From Eledone cirrhosa (lineage: Eukaryota), in NCBI GenBank assembly GCA_964016885.1, contig OZ024746.1, forward strand, positions 89,652,001-89,716,000: a DNA stretch of 64,000 bases, written 5' to 3'. The translations under genes were made by a program, and so were the position numbers. Within the stretch, counting starts at the first letter, position 1, and each line of letters starts with the position of its first letter. This document shows, in pieces, positions 13,392 through 26,405 of the stretch. The notes under the pieces were generated by a model. It was given only the letters and a program-made list of their open reading frames with translations, was not told the origin of the DNA and made no database searches.

Positions 13392-13534
13392 GTGAACTAA
13401 CTGTTGTGTAACCGGTTCTATATATATATATATATATATATACAAAGCTCGGAATTAAAGTATTCCGCAGTTCACAGTAATAATAAAACTCACATGTAAT
13501 AATTTTTTACACACTTCTCTCTGAGGAATATTTT

Positions 13535-13581
<47 letters not shown>

Positions 13582-13789
13582 GTTATATAGTAAGGTGTAT
13601 TATTGGTTGTGTCATACGGTCCAATGAACTTTTGTTAGCAATATTAAGTTCTCGCTTTTTTATATCTCCAATTCCAATTTATGGGAACAGCTAGATTATG
13701 TAAAACGGAGTATTTGTATCAAAATAAATATCCAAAAGCATGTATACATTTCCAATCATTTTAATCAAGACACATTTTTCAATAAGGGA

Positions 13790-14230
13790 TAGATCGACCG
13801 TGTGATCATGATCGATTATCACCTTGGCTGAAAAATGCCTCACCAAGAACATTGTCTACGACTGTAAGGTCTCCACACTAGATAGAACGTTCCGGTTTGT
13901 TGTGGAAACTGCCACTGAATTTAAGGATTGATGGTATAATCACCACCATACCTTTAATAAAGTAGATAAAAAATAGCACGGCGCTTTCTGAATTAGTTTG
14001 GAAGCTTAAACATCAGAATATAGAGCCTCACCTTATCCTGGTCCATAGTTTGCTCAGCCCAACCCTATGACGGCAGCACGGGCATTTGTAATTTATGCAT
14101 AGCTGAAACCTTTAATATAATTAGAGGCGGCCCCCTACTAATCAATAGGAGAGCGGACCTTCTCAACACCTTCCAGAATAGAACCTCGAACACCTTCCAC
14201 AGTATTTTTGAAAGTAACCTGCCACTAACT
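13790..14230 (+). mobile_element. Degenerate PLE GIY-YIG endonuclease fragment (Naiad-like)
   Basis: Manual translation across frameshifts gives KCLTKNIVYDCKV...FKD*WYNHHHTF...STALSELVWKLK...WSIV...ICNLCIAET...INRRADL, collinear with the 30361 copy. Confidence 0.75.
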
Positions 14231-15983
14231 CCCTCCTTTTAACTGTAGCCATAGAATTCTCTCAATTAGCAAAAAATAGACAATCACTCAGGTAGTAAAC
14301 AGCTAAGATCGTTTGCGCACCTACACACTGTACTCGGTATTTTTCCACAGAGTTCTCACAGTTGAGTGCACGTTTACCATTACTTTAGAATACCTAGTTA
14401 GTATATAGCTAGAACAATTTCACACGCAGTTAAGACCGATTACGCGCATTCACCATTACTTTAGAATACCCTAAACATAGAGCTCTCTCAGTTAATAAAT
14501 AGACGTATTACACACTCAGTTAAGAACGTTTCGCTCTTTATACATAATTCTACACAGTACCCGGTTTCTTTAGACACGGAGTTCCCACAGTTATGACCAG
14601 TCACAATCTTGTCGATTGAATACTACACTAGGTTTTTGTCTAAGATCCTCTAACCATGGAGTGATCACAGTTGCTGAATGAACAATATTACTTACACGCC
14701 ATCAATGGGCTTACACACATCCCCGGGGTTTTGTTATTTTATTTTGTGTTGAGTAACACACCTCAACCACTCAAACACTTATCTTAAAAGCCAGAGGGCC
14801 CACATGACGGGAAAACGCACACACTGACACCTTAACTCAAATATCCAACCCTACATGTAGCCCTTTGCACGCACACGGGTGCTTGCACGCACAGACGCAG
14901 GGACTCATACACACACCACACACACACACACACACATATATATATAATAATAACATGTTCTAGAAATATCTCACCTATAAGATTAAATTTGAATTCTCAA
15001 ATTCCAACTAATTTCATATACGTTCAAATATCATTTTTTAAACGTTTCCTTTTTGGGGGACTGCCGAATCGATCTTAACGCTAAAATTTACAGTAGAAAG
15101 GTATACATTCCATACACGCCAACATAATGGTTGACATTGCACGCCCATGTAAACAGCCACATAAAGGAAGGGAGACAATCGATAGATGATAAATAACCAG
15201 CTCTCAATTTAGAACCTGGGTCTGGGATGAAGCAGATTTCTAATTAGTCTAGACATGGCAATATGTCTATCTTTAGGATTGTATTACAAACTATGATGGC
15301 TACTATTAATCATTTAAGATTATATTCTTTTACATATATTTGCATGAATATGGTAGATCTGAACCCAGAGTTGTTTGAGCACAGGGAGACGGAAAATACA
15401 CAGGCATTAAAAAAGGCATTAAAACTGAGGATTTCATCACATACATTTTGCCAGTAATTATTATCAAGTATGGTGACTCATTAGAAAAGCCATTAGAACG
15501 TCGAATAGTATGCTTTATGGTATTCTTTCAGGATATATGCACTGTGAGATTAAATTTCAATTTCACCAAGGTCAACTTTGCTTTTCATAATTTCGAAATG
15601 ATGAAAGGCAAATTTGACATCAGCGAGGTTTGATATCACATCGCATAGATCTTGAAAGAATACGGCAAATTATTATTCTATCTCTCCAACTGTCACTCTT
15701 ATTACTTATTCTCCTTCAGTCCTTAAAAATGTCGTACCCTTCTAAGACCTTGTTTCTGCCTTTTACGATTTGGCACCGACCTGGCTAACCTTTTGCGATT
15801 TGGCACCGACCTGGCTAATCATCTTCACCATGTCTCTGCTAATTATATTACTTATAGGGCTTATAGCTGGAACTAGTATTAATTTAATTCATTCCTCCAT
15901 TTCTGCTACCGTTATCTAGCCCTCAATTTTGTTGCAATGTCCTTCTCATATATTGGTATTTATTTATTTCTTCTTGTTTTGTT

Positions 15984-16102
<119 letters not shown>

Positions 16103-16219
16103 TGTTTTGTGTCCAACGTCCATTTTGGTTTCAACACGAATAGCTATTCATGGATATATCTCTGGTTCCTCTTGATGCGCTGGTGATGTATAGTCTTGTC
16201 TTTTAAAGTATCTTAAATT

Positions 16220-16404
16220 ATAATTGTTTCTACTTTTGGCACAAGGCCAGCAATAAACCAGTGTATTACTGGTACTTTATTTTATCGACCCCGTAAGGAT
16301 GAAAGGCAAAGTTAACCTTGGCGGGATTTGAACTCAGACCATAAAGGGACGTAACTCTTTGCTGCAAAGCATGGCGTCCGACCCTCTACCGATACTGCTG
16401 ATCC
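16220..16404 (-). mobile_element. tRNA-derived SINE (Meta-domain type)
   Basis: Same family as 2979-3160. Confidence 0.85.
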
Positions 16405-16550
16405 CTAGAAAGGGAGCTAATGAGCGGCATTTGCCCATTTACATTTGTCTTCCGAGTTTTCTGTTTCCTATGTTTCTCCAACATGTTTCTATTGATATAT
16501 ATATATGTGTGTGTATGTGTGTATGTTTGTGTTTGTATGTGTGTGTGTTT

Positions 16551-16605
<55 letters not shown>

Positions 16606-16620
16606 GGAGAGAGGGAGAGA

Positions 16621-16745
16621 GAATCCCTAGTTCAATCAGGGGTAACTGCAGAGAGAAAGGTACTCAATATATTAGTAGTGTGTAAATATCTGTTGATTTC
16701 CTTCGAATGAAACTGTTCTAATTTTGTAGAAGCAATTTCTATATA
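16621..16745. mobile_element. PLE micro-element (family B): inverted tail plus degenerate HHR
   Basis: Tail on the minus strand with GTACTCAATA at 16660, then CTGTTGA 16690-16696, TTC/GAA stem II, GAAA 16709-16712 and GTA^GAAGCAATTTCTAT. A near-identical partial copy lies at 17955-18045. Confidence 0.6.
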
Positions 16746-16759
16746 CTCTTCATTGACAG

Positions 16760-17290
16760 GATTTTAGGTACAGCCATATTGGATGTGGTATGAAGATTTG
16801 CGGATGTGGAATTACTTGTTTGGAATTTGGGTACGATATGGCAATACGTAACTCGTTGGAAGTTTCACTCCACAATACGCTTGATAGTTTGCTGCATTGC
16901 TGTGCTCAATGTAGAGCCACTACTTCTCTAAATTATAGTTAGAAAATCTCAGGAAAGAAAACAATCGCAGGTCAGATTGTACGGGGATACCGCAGGTTAT
17001 ATCCCGAGCGAGATATTGGCATAAACTCCATGAGCTCGGCTGATCGCGCATGAAGATCAAACCGGACTAATTAGAGACGGTTGCCTCTGACAGGACCCGC
17101 TGGAAGGCCTGCTTGATGCCGATATTCCAAGGAATAACTCGGTGGTGAAGGAAAAGAAGAGGAAGGAAATCTTTTTCATGCGAGATACTGAGAGGGAACA
17201 CTTACATACAGTTAAGGAAAGACAGATGTGGATTCTAAATCAGATGAGATATATATATTAAAGAATAAATGGAATGGTCCATCAAAGAAT
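16760..17290 (+). mobile_element. Highly degenerate RTE-like LINE 3' region
   Basis: Remnants resembling RTE C-terminal motifs (G-R-RGR-like GAAAAGAAGAGGAAGG) with many stops. The assignment is weak. Confidence 0.4.
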
Positions 17291-17425
17291 TCCATAAATT
17301 GTCTGAGCATCAATTTTATTCTCATATCGTTGCAGACTATAGGTTACGATGAAAGGTGAGACGTTAAGAAGCTAGTACAACGTTAAGAAGCTAGTAGTAT
17401 AACTAAGCAATCATACCAGCAGCCA

Positions 17426-18280
17426 TTAACTTTGCCTTTCATCCTTCCGGGGTCGATAGAATAAAGTACCACTAATGCACTGAGTAATTGCTGGCCTTGT
17501 GCCAAAAGTAGAAACAATTATTTTATCCCGGTGGATTGGCAGTATCGGTAGAGAGTTGGACGCCATGCTTTCCAGCATAGTTACGTCCCTCTACGGTCTG
17601 AGTTCAAATCCCGCCGTGGTTAACTTTGCCTTTCATCCTTACGGAGTCGATAAAATAATGTACCAGTAACGTACTGGCGTCGATTTATCGAATCCTCCCA
17701 ACAAAAAAAAAAATTACTGTCCTTGTGCCTATACTAGAAATAATTATTTTATCCATAGGGCGGTGGATTGGCAGTATCGGTAGACGGCCATGCTTTCCAG
17801 CAAAGGGTTACGGTCATTTATGATCTGAGGTCAAATCTCGCCGAGGTTAACTTTGCCTTTTATCCTTACGGGGTCAATAAAATAAAGTACCAGTAATACA
17901 CTGAGATAATCGCTGACCTTGTGTGTGTGTGTATGTGTATGTGTGTGTGTGTGTGAATACCTGGTTCAATCAGGGGTAACTGCAGAAAGAAAGGTACTCA
18001 ATATATTAGTAGTGTGTAAATATCTGTTGATTTCCTTCGAATGAAGCAGAAACAATTATTTTATTCAAGCACTGAGCGGTGGATTGGCAAAGTCTTTAAG
18101 AACGTTGGGCAAACGCTTAGCTCTATACGGTCTGAGTTCAAATAAGGCAGAGGTCTTCTTAAATCTTTCATACTTTCGAGGTAGATAACATGAAGTAACA
18201 GTTAAGTTCTGGGGTTTGAATGATCAACTTTCCTCTACTTCTAAATTGCTTTGTGGCACAGTTGAAAAAAAATATTTTAT
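17426..18280 (+). mobile_element. Cluster of four head-to-tail SINE copies (17426-17524 partial, 17530-17748, 17760-17923, 18077-18280 diverged)
   Basis: Repeated GGTGGATTGGCA heads, B-box-like GAGTTCAAAT, CTTTCATCCTT core and AGAAA(C/T)AATTATT ends. Confidence 0.85.
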
Positions 18281-19577
18281 TCAACAGAAATTTCCGAATC
18301 GTGCAAATAATTCATAATGAAGCCATGTGTACCAAGCGACTGTAATTTTATATTCCCAGTTCAACTACATTTCCAGCCATGTTAGTTTTTCTGTATTTTA
18401 TTTCAATTTCATTTTTCATCCTCACAGATTCATTATTTATTCAGCTGTTCATAGTGGTAATTAAAATTGATATTTTTTCATTCTTTTATCCTAATTCCAA
18501 ATATTTCAGAGCATCACTAATTATTCTAAACATGAATTAGATGGCAGTATTAGCTAAAATAATGCATACAATGTTAAATGGATTGCAATGCTTTTTCATT
18601 CGAGAACCATACGATTGTATATTCCGTTATGGCTTTGGCATATCTCTTGTGACTTTAAACCAAAAGTAGTACCAAAATGTTTTCTATCGTACGTTATGCC
18701 TCCAACGTCCCATACGTTGTATTTTCCTTTGAATCCAGTTGTCTTTTCTATACATAAAAACTTATAAAATCATTGTACTAACCGACATTAATCAAATATT
18801 GTAATAACATTGTTTAGAGTATTGTCGGGTAGCTTGCTGCAATTTCAATATTCTGATATAACCATACGATTCGGTTCACAGAGCTGATGCTCACGGAGAA
18901 AATAATTTGATTGTTAAATAGGTAACTTCGTTTTGCCGTAAAATAATAAATGAATTATGAAATCTCAATAGGTACATAGTTCTCGTAGAAAAAAACAAAC
19001 ATTTGAAGTTAATGCACAATTCATATATATATTTTAACATTTACATTTGTGCTGTTATTTTTTTTAATTTTTGTTGTAAAATATAACATCGAATTGATAG
19101 ATAAGAAAACACTTATGAAATTGTAAATGTGACACAGCAGACAGAGATAGTATGAATAAAGGAAAATGTATACACAGAACTGTAAAACGGAGACATATTT
19201 CCTTTATTAATACGACTAGATGGTTTGTCAATGAAATTAAAATATATTTGTTTCATTTCTATTCATATATTTATAGATAACAATACCATTGAAATATTGT
19301 TTAGTGTTGTTACATACATATTCAAAACTGCAAAATAAGTCAAGAGCTTAATAAATCCCATTAAAAATACTAAGAAGGCGGGTAGAGATCAAGCTAAGAA
19401 AATATAGAATGACAATTAGGAAAGCGTCAGAATTGAATACTACGATATGCGCTTACATTTAAAGACAGACGGAACAATCATCAATAACAGTTTTATACTT
19501 TTCAAAGTTTATATACATCACAATTGTTTGAATCGGAGCAGGAATAAGCAAAATAAATATATATATATACATATATA

Positions 19578-22501
19578 CAACTACAACGGTACGCGATGTG
19601 GCCCACCCACAGCCCCGGCGGACAGAATGGAGAAGGCGTTTCCCCGGAGGAGGGCAAGGGAGACGCGCTGGAAAAGCCACTCCAACTCGCGGGGCTCACA
19701 CCTGCGGTTGGCCAGCTCAGCGCCTATAGTGGTGAGTAAGGCGGTAGCCCTGAGGTCGAGGACACCAGAAGTATACACTGCCAGGGTTACGACCGCAAAC
19801 CTGTCGGAGAGCGACCGGTATTTGAGGAGTTTGGCCCCCTCAGCCCGACGTGCAGGAGAACCTGGGTCAGTCGCAGACTGCAGCAGGTTGCGTCTGAAGA
19901 AAGAGTCGGTGCAAGTGGCATCCCGGAAGAGAGGTTTGCCACCGCGGAACGGGAAGATGGTCATGCCATCTGGCCTTTTGCCGTCCCCTCGATCCAGCCC
20001 CACCGGCTCGAGCTGGGAAGGGAAGCTGCAGGCCATGCTTAATGACCTCGTTGAGGGCAGCATGGGGTGGAATGCGGCCGGCACTGTGGCGACAGGAAAA
20101 CGGGTGGAGATCGAAAGAGTGCACGGTGGCACCGCAGCGACATTGGTGTGGCTAGCAGATTCCGAGGCCTAGCCTCCCGGAAACGCCGGTTCGCAGGCTA
20201 TGGTTGTCTAGCTGCGTGCCAGTGGAGAGGGAGGGCAGGGCATCGAGCCATGTACCACTGTGGGGTTTGGAGGCCGCACGAAAACAAGCATGGCGGTGCT
20301 CCTCGAGCTGGCGCGTGAGCCTGTCCGAGGCCAGGATGCACTGGATGGCATCCCAAGTGCGTCTGGGGGAGTTGACGTCAACAGGCAGCCTCACGTTCTC
20401 TGAACACGGAGATCGGGGACCGGAGGCCAAGGCCGCCATACCTGACAGGTAAAGTGGCCTGTTGACACCCTATGTCGTCAAACTTGACGTTGCATATCCC
20501 CTCGGCTGCTGCTCGGATGCAAGTATCGAGGTCAGCGAAGAGAGATGTCTGGGTATGGCACGGAGCGCTGCGGAGTGTATAGTGGAATTAGGCATGGCGA
20601 AGCATTTCCTCAGTAGAAAGAGAGCTGGGTTGCCATTAATCAAGTCCAGTCGGCTCGTGAGAGTCTGGAGCTGTTGAAGTCTGGCCCTAATGGTGGAGCG
20701 GATGGCCGGCGGGTCGAATGGTGACCCGAAGATGAGGACATCCTCTTTGGGGGTCACCTGAATCTGGCGAATAATGGACCGCACGTCCAAGACGGAGGCT
20801 GCAAAGCTCGCAGCATCGAGGCTGACATTCACCAGCTCCAACTTAGCCGAGTTGACCTGGAGGCCGATTCCCGCCAGGGCAGGAACCACCGATTGAAGGT
20901 CATGGCAGACCGTCCTTACGGGCCCGCCCAACGTAGCACCTTTCATATACCAAACGTTGAGAGAGGCCGTGATACTCCGGGCGATGTGGTCAGTACCAAG
21001 GGCGAACAGGAGGGGTCCCAAAGGGTCGCCCTTTTGGACCCTAGTAGCCGAGGGTATGACCGTCTCAGCAGCAAGGAGTATGCTCGGGGCTCCATATGAA
21101 AGGTAGGCCAGCGGGTAGGCAGAGGGGGATCGGCTGAGGCAGGCGTCGCGCAGATGATCCCGGCGTAACGAGTTGAAGGCATTCCTCATGTCAAACTTGA
21201 CAATGACGTGCGTGGAGTCCCTGGATGCCGGTTCCGATGGGCAGCTGTTGAAGAACTTCCTGGTTGCATGAGCGCCCCTCAGAGCCACTGGACACGCCGA
21301 CACCCAGTTGTACCGGACTAAACTCCTCACCCAGTTCGTGTGTTAAGGACTTCCAGATCACCTTGGCAGCCAGCCTCCGGAAGACATTGCCCACAGCAAT
21401 GGGGCGTATGCCACCCACTTTCTTCCTGAGAGCGGTGAGGCTGGCCGAAAAAAGAGGCCTCGGGCGTAAGGGTCCAGGGCACCATGGATGAGCCTATTGG
21501 TGAGCGCCACAATTGCACTCAGAAGGCGGCATCCGGCCTCATAGGAGAGGGGGATGTCAACTCCTTGATGTGGCCTGGTCGGAGACCATCAACACCTCCG
21601 CAGCTGCTAGGTGGGAAGGAATTGAAGGCGGACATGATGTCTGCATCAGTAGCCGGGAGGAGCAAGTGGGGGTCGGGTGGGGGTATGGGTCTGAGATCAG
21701 TGGGTGGCTCAGGGTTTTTGTGTCGCAGAGCAGCCAGGACATCCTCGGTGGGTTGGAGGACAGTGTCCTCTGAGGCAATAACGCTGACTGCGGCCGAAAC
21801 ATCACCCATTATAAGCTTGGCGTTTACCTGGTCACGCAAACGCTTGGCGCTGGCCCCGGAGTGGAGGATAGGGGTACCTGAAGGTGGGGTGTATGGCGTC
21901 CCTGGGCACGCTTGGAATGGGCGCTCGCCCAAAGGACGAGACATTGGCCTTGACGAAGGCTGCTGTTGACCGGCCGCCCCTGTCAGCGCCAGAGCTGGGG
22001 AGGCCGAAGGCGAGTGTGGCGAAATAGAACAACCGCTCCCAGTCACTGGCTCGATTGGAGTCCAGGGCGCTCTTAATCGAGGAAGCGAGGGCATCGACTA
22101 CCGGCACCAGTGGGATCTTCTGAAGCCGCCTAAGCCGAACGATGTTGACCAGCGAGGCTCGGGCGTCAGGCAAGCTCGCTGTCCCATCTGGCGGTGTGCC
22201 AACGGCCGTGGCTGGGAATACGTGGGGAAGAGGTAGCTCCTGCACCTCCAGGCTGCGAGGGTATTAGATGCTCGACGAGTCTAGCCAACACACGTGAGGT
22301 GTTCGAAGCAGCCGCACCCCAGACAGTTCCGGCCCCTATTTCGTTCGTTAGTGGTGCTGCAAGTGCTGCAGGTGTCAGCTTGGAAGGGTGGGGGATGGGG
22401 CGTGCGGCCGGGGACTGGGGTACCCAGCGGCATCAGGGGTGGGTGGCTGGCGTGTGTGGGTGGAAGGGAAAGTGCTGATAAGAGGGCCTCATAGCTCACC
22501 T
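19578..22501 (-). mobile_element. CRE-clade non-LTR retrotransposon (RT plus restriction-like endonuclease), frameshifted and inactive
   Basis: GGIRPIAVGNVFRRLAAK, KFDMRNAFNS, VQKGDPLGPLLF, SGTWLDALP, RLGL, and RLE EPVGLDRGDGKRPDG...DATC. The catalytic YxDD reads WYMKG. It is a GC-rich island flanked by TA repeats. Confidence 0.9.
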
Positions 22502-23417
22502 ATATATATGGAGGTGCCAGAAAACGAGAGCTGATCCTGGGGTTGGCTTCCTCTTGTTAACGCTAGAGTTGTTATTGTTAATATCACTGTTGTCGTCGTT
22601 GCCTTCCTCTTGTTAATGGTGACGATATAGAGCGAAATACAAAGTCTACCAGCAGACAATTATATAAAAAAAAAGTATATAGAAATAAATGTTAACATTT
22701 CTGTCTGGGATATAAATATTTGTCTTACACTATCGCATACATCGTAACGATATTCTTAATGGACGCGCTTACAATATTTGAATATAACTGAACCGTCGTG
22801 TCATTTAACTTGAAAGGTGGAGCAAAGTAAAATGCGAATAGTGAATTTGGAGTGTCAATCCCTTGTGTTCTTTTTTTTTGTTTGTTTTTTTTTCAATACC
22901 GAACTTACAGTTTTCCAGGATTTATGGACTCATTTGTTTTTATTTTTCCTTCAAAAGGATGGAGGCGTTTTATCTCCTCATGAAACTGACATTACTTAAT
23001 GATGTTTGTCATCTATGGCTTATTCCTATGTATTATTTCATAACTTTATAGAATGTTTAGAATGGTTGTGCAGTGTTCTGTGTCCAGCCAGGTTTGTACA
23101 ACAGGTAAGAAAAATGATGAATCGGTTTCTTCTGATAGGAGCCTCTTCCACGTCGGAAGATCGAAGTGTGTTTTCTTGTCTTCTTCAATACTTTCATAAA
23201 CGGCTTCGGAGATTTAAAATTTATGTTTCCATTGGTGCTTGCTTCCATTTCCACACGGTGGCTCCCAACACTCCGAGTTCAAATTCCGCTTGTCTTGTTG
23301 CTGCTGCTGATGTTGAAATGAAAGATGAGAAGCTGCATTAATGGTATATGTAGACTGGTGATAATAGTAGCTATTTATATGTACCTGTGAGGATGGTGAT
23401 GATGATGAAAATAAGGG

Positions 23418-23522
23418 AAATTGGATTAAAACGATCCCAGTGCAATACTGACACTATATTTATCGACCTTGTAGATATGAAAATCAAAGCTAACCCAAGC
23501 GAGATTTGAACTCAGAACTAGA
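23418..23522 (-). mobile_element. Diverged SINE copy
   Basis: GATTTGAACTCAG (B-box, minus strand), TTATCGACC and CCCAGTG blocks of the SINE family. Confidence 0.6.
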
Positions 23523-23596
23523 GAGGGTTTACGGGCAGTCCTCTTTTTTTCATGGATGATCTGATTATCTTTGGCAGGAATGAATCTTAGTGTGAT

Positions 23597-24090
23597 TCTT
23601 CTTCTTCTTCTTCTTCTTCTTCTTCTTCTTCTTCTTCTTCTTCTTCTTCTTCTTCTTCTTCTTCTTCTTCTTCTTCTTCTTCTTCTTCTTCTTCTTCTTC
23701 TTCTTCTTCTTCTTCTTCTTCTTCTTCTTCTTCGACAACTTATTTCTGAGAGGGCCGAGGGGCAATCTCCTCAAACCCTCCTTCCAGAGTGTTGTTTCAG
23801 AAGCAACCCTTTCCAAATAATCCGACTGGATCCCCAAGTGAGACCAGCTACGTTTATGGAAATTATCCATCCATCTTGCTCATGGTCTCCTTCTGGCTCT
23901 CCTGCCGGCTGGCGACCCAACTATCTCTTTTCCAGCTCTATGATGTTTCCCGAGACATTCTAATGACATGCTCCTATTATCGGAGCTGTGACCTTTCAAT
24001 TCGGAGAAGTAGCTGTTCTTACCTGGAGCGATTATCTGATCTCCGAGCTATGCACCCTATCGAGTAACCTACTCTCAATACCCTTCGTAG
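23597..24090 (-). mobile_element. RTE-type LINE 3' end with long (AAG)n tail
   Basis: Minus-strand peptides HVIRM, RARRRP*ARWMD and ERVASETTLWK are typical of RTE C-termini. (CTT)n lies at 23597-23733. Confidence 0.7.
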
Positions 24091-24109
24091 GAACCTTATT
24101 TCAGCCGAT

Positions 24110-24700
24110 TGTATTCATTAAGAGAGAGAAAGAAACATTATTGATACCTGCTCAAGATCAAACCCTAAACAAAATCTCGATGAAGTATATGTATAACCCG
24201 GATGAAAAAATGAGTACGTTATGTGGGAAAAAGTTGGAAGGTGTGTCACACACTGTGAGTGGCACCGACATGTTTGTGCAGAGGGAAAATAAAAGGTGTC
24301 ACGATAAAGTGTGTTTACACTTTCATTGGTCTTTATGCAAGTGTTCGCAACCAGTGAGAAATGATATCAGCACAAGCCAGAGAGGGTCCTAGAAAGTCAG
24401 ATTTTGAAACTCGTGTGTGAATTAACAATGGAGACAGATAGGGGTCTTAAAAATACAAGTCCAGACAATAACTTGTTGAGAAAAGTTACTCAACGGTGTT
24501 TTGTAATCGATGTAGTTTGCTCAGGAGACCATTACATTAATGGTCAAGTAACAAATTGATAGAATTCGTATCAGCTCAAGGAATTCAACATTGCATTAAC
24601 AACACTTTAGGAACAGCAAATATCGTGCAGAAAGTGATCTAACTGGGGTTACATAACGTGATAGTTCGTGGATTAAATGATGCAGTGTTAATATGATTAT
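24110..24700 (+). mobile_element. Degenerate R4/Dong-clade non-LTR fragment (zinc knuckle plus RLE)
   Basis: LCGKKLEGVSHTVSG...RCHDKVCLHFHWSLCK, followed by frameshifted HKPERVLE, TDR...PD and IDV motifs, collinear with R4/Dong C-termini as I recall them. Confidence 0.65.
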
Positions 24701-24712
24701 CACTGTGCAAAT

Positions 24713-24901
24713 AATAATTGTTTCTACTTTTGGCACAAGGCCAGCAATTACCCAGTGCATTACTGGTACTTTATTTTATCAACCCTGTAACGATGAAAGG
24801 CAAAGTTAACTTCGGTGGGATTTGAACTCATATCCTAAAGGGACATCACTCTATGCTTCAAAGCATAGTGTCCGACTCTCTACCGATACTGCCAATCCAT
24901 C
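24713..24901 (-). mobile_element. tRNA-derived SINE (Meta-domain type)
   Basis: Same family as 2979-3160. Confidence 0.85.
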
Positions 24902-25229
24902 GCCCTATGAATAATAATAATAATACGAATGCTGAAATCGACGAACACAAAGATGTAGAAGAAGGCGACCATGAAGAAGCCGAATATAAAGTCAAAGATG
25001 GATAGGGCAACAACGAAAAAAACAAAAGAAACTTCGGTACTTTCTGGCATGAAAAACATCATGGACTTTAGTAAACGTAGGACTATGAAATAGTTTTCTA
25101 CATAGCCTATAGAATCATCAACATAAATTATTGCATCTAACAAAGAAATGAAAAAAATATCATGTTAAACGATACCGAATATTTAGTCGTGAAAGATTAT
25201 ATTATGGACGGCTAATGCTTTTGACATCA

Positions 25230-26145
25230 CATGGCTCTGGACAGTAAGCTCCAAGTGAGATTATAGGTTATATTGTTATCTTTGAGGTCCCAGATGTGCC
25301 CCGAAAGTGTAGTTGCGTGACGCCGGGCCGGGCTTCGGAAACTATGTCTGTGTTGGTATAGCCGGATCTTGAAGTCACAAGCGGTTAATCCTATATAAGC
25401 TTTGTTGGCGGTGTCCGTCCTCACGTATGAGTATTTATGTAGTTTGTATTAGAATGTATGTATTGTAGCAGTACTTATATATATCGTATTAGTAGTCATG
25501 TTTCGGGATTCTGAATTAATATTTCGTATTAGTTTTTCTTTTTTTTAGTATTTTGGCCCCCTACTTGTTGACCTGTCTTTGTAAGATAGATTTGGCCGAT
25601 TACTACTAACTCATAAAATTATTTCATTACAATCTCGTATTTAGTATTCCGTCCCACCTATTAAACTTCTCTATAGCTTAGCAGTACCAGTGAGAGATTT
25701 GATGATTGTGGAAGGGGAATAGTAACCAGAAATTGTTTTTTTTAATATTTTTTATATTTTTAATATTTTCTATATATTTAGTCCATTTAAATTTACTTAT
25801 TGTTTCAACTTCCTCCCACCTCCCCTTCTCTAGTATACTTTTTTTCGACCTTCTATCCTTAGAATCTGCTGTAGTTGTCACTTTCAACGCTTGACTGGGT
25901 TTCCTCCACTCTCTATTCTACTGGCAAGTTCAGCTACCCCTACCTTACACAAAATGCCATGGTTGAATCATGTGTTTCAACAACAAACTTTTGACCAATC
26001 CTTGTGACAATCACTTTTACCATATATGGAATTACCCCCTGCGAAGTTCGACTATTCATTTACCAGGATAACAATTTTAATTTAGTCCAGAATTAGCCGT
26101 CGAAACGGCTTGAGCTCAGCCGTCGGGGTCCTACTTGTTCCTATA
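25230..26145. mobile_element. PLE family A copy: inverted GIY-YIG fragment (25230-25425, minus) plus 3' UTR and HHR (plus)
   Basis: AYIGLTACDFKIRLYQHRHSF...TTLSGHIWDLK on the minus strand. The plus-strand UTR is homologous to 9260-9860. Confidence 0.8.
26022..26145 (+). ncRNA. Degenerate type I hammerhead ribozyme (paralog of 9738-9860)
   Basis: Stem I ACCCC 26034-26038 / GGGGT 26125-26129, core CTGCGAA (degenerate), GAAA 26102-26105, stem III CGGC/GCCG, GTC at 26122-26124. Confidence 0.6.
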
Positions 26146-26369
26146 TACATATATATATATTTTTTTAAAACAAACAAACCGAGCATTATAATAAATGTTA
26201 GGTAAACCGATGCGAGCCTATATATATATATGTGTGCATGTATGTATATATATACATATTACTGTACGTCTGCATACATATATGTATGTACGTATAAATA
26301 CATACATACTTAGATTTAAGTAAGTGCCGTTCTAAGAGTGAGAAATGAAATTTCGTTTCATTCTATTCC

Positions 26370-26405
<36 letters not shown>

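Noticed and set aside
13800-13812. In-frame TGA-TCA-TGA upstream of the GIY-YIG, suggesting a Sec-x-Sec motif
   Set aside because: A one-base frameshift gives a better alignment (CDHDRLSPL versus CRSNRTCPL), so these TGAs are probably out of frame.
23051-23104. Possible plus-strand exon ending CAG|GTAAGA
   Set aside because: Isolated splice-like signals are expected by chance in 64 kb, and no partner exons were identified.
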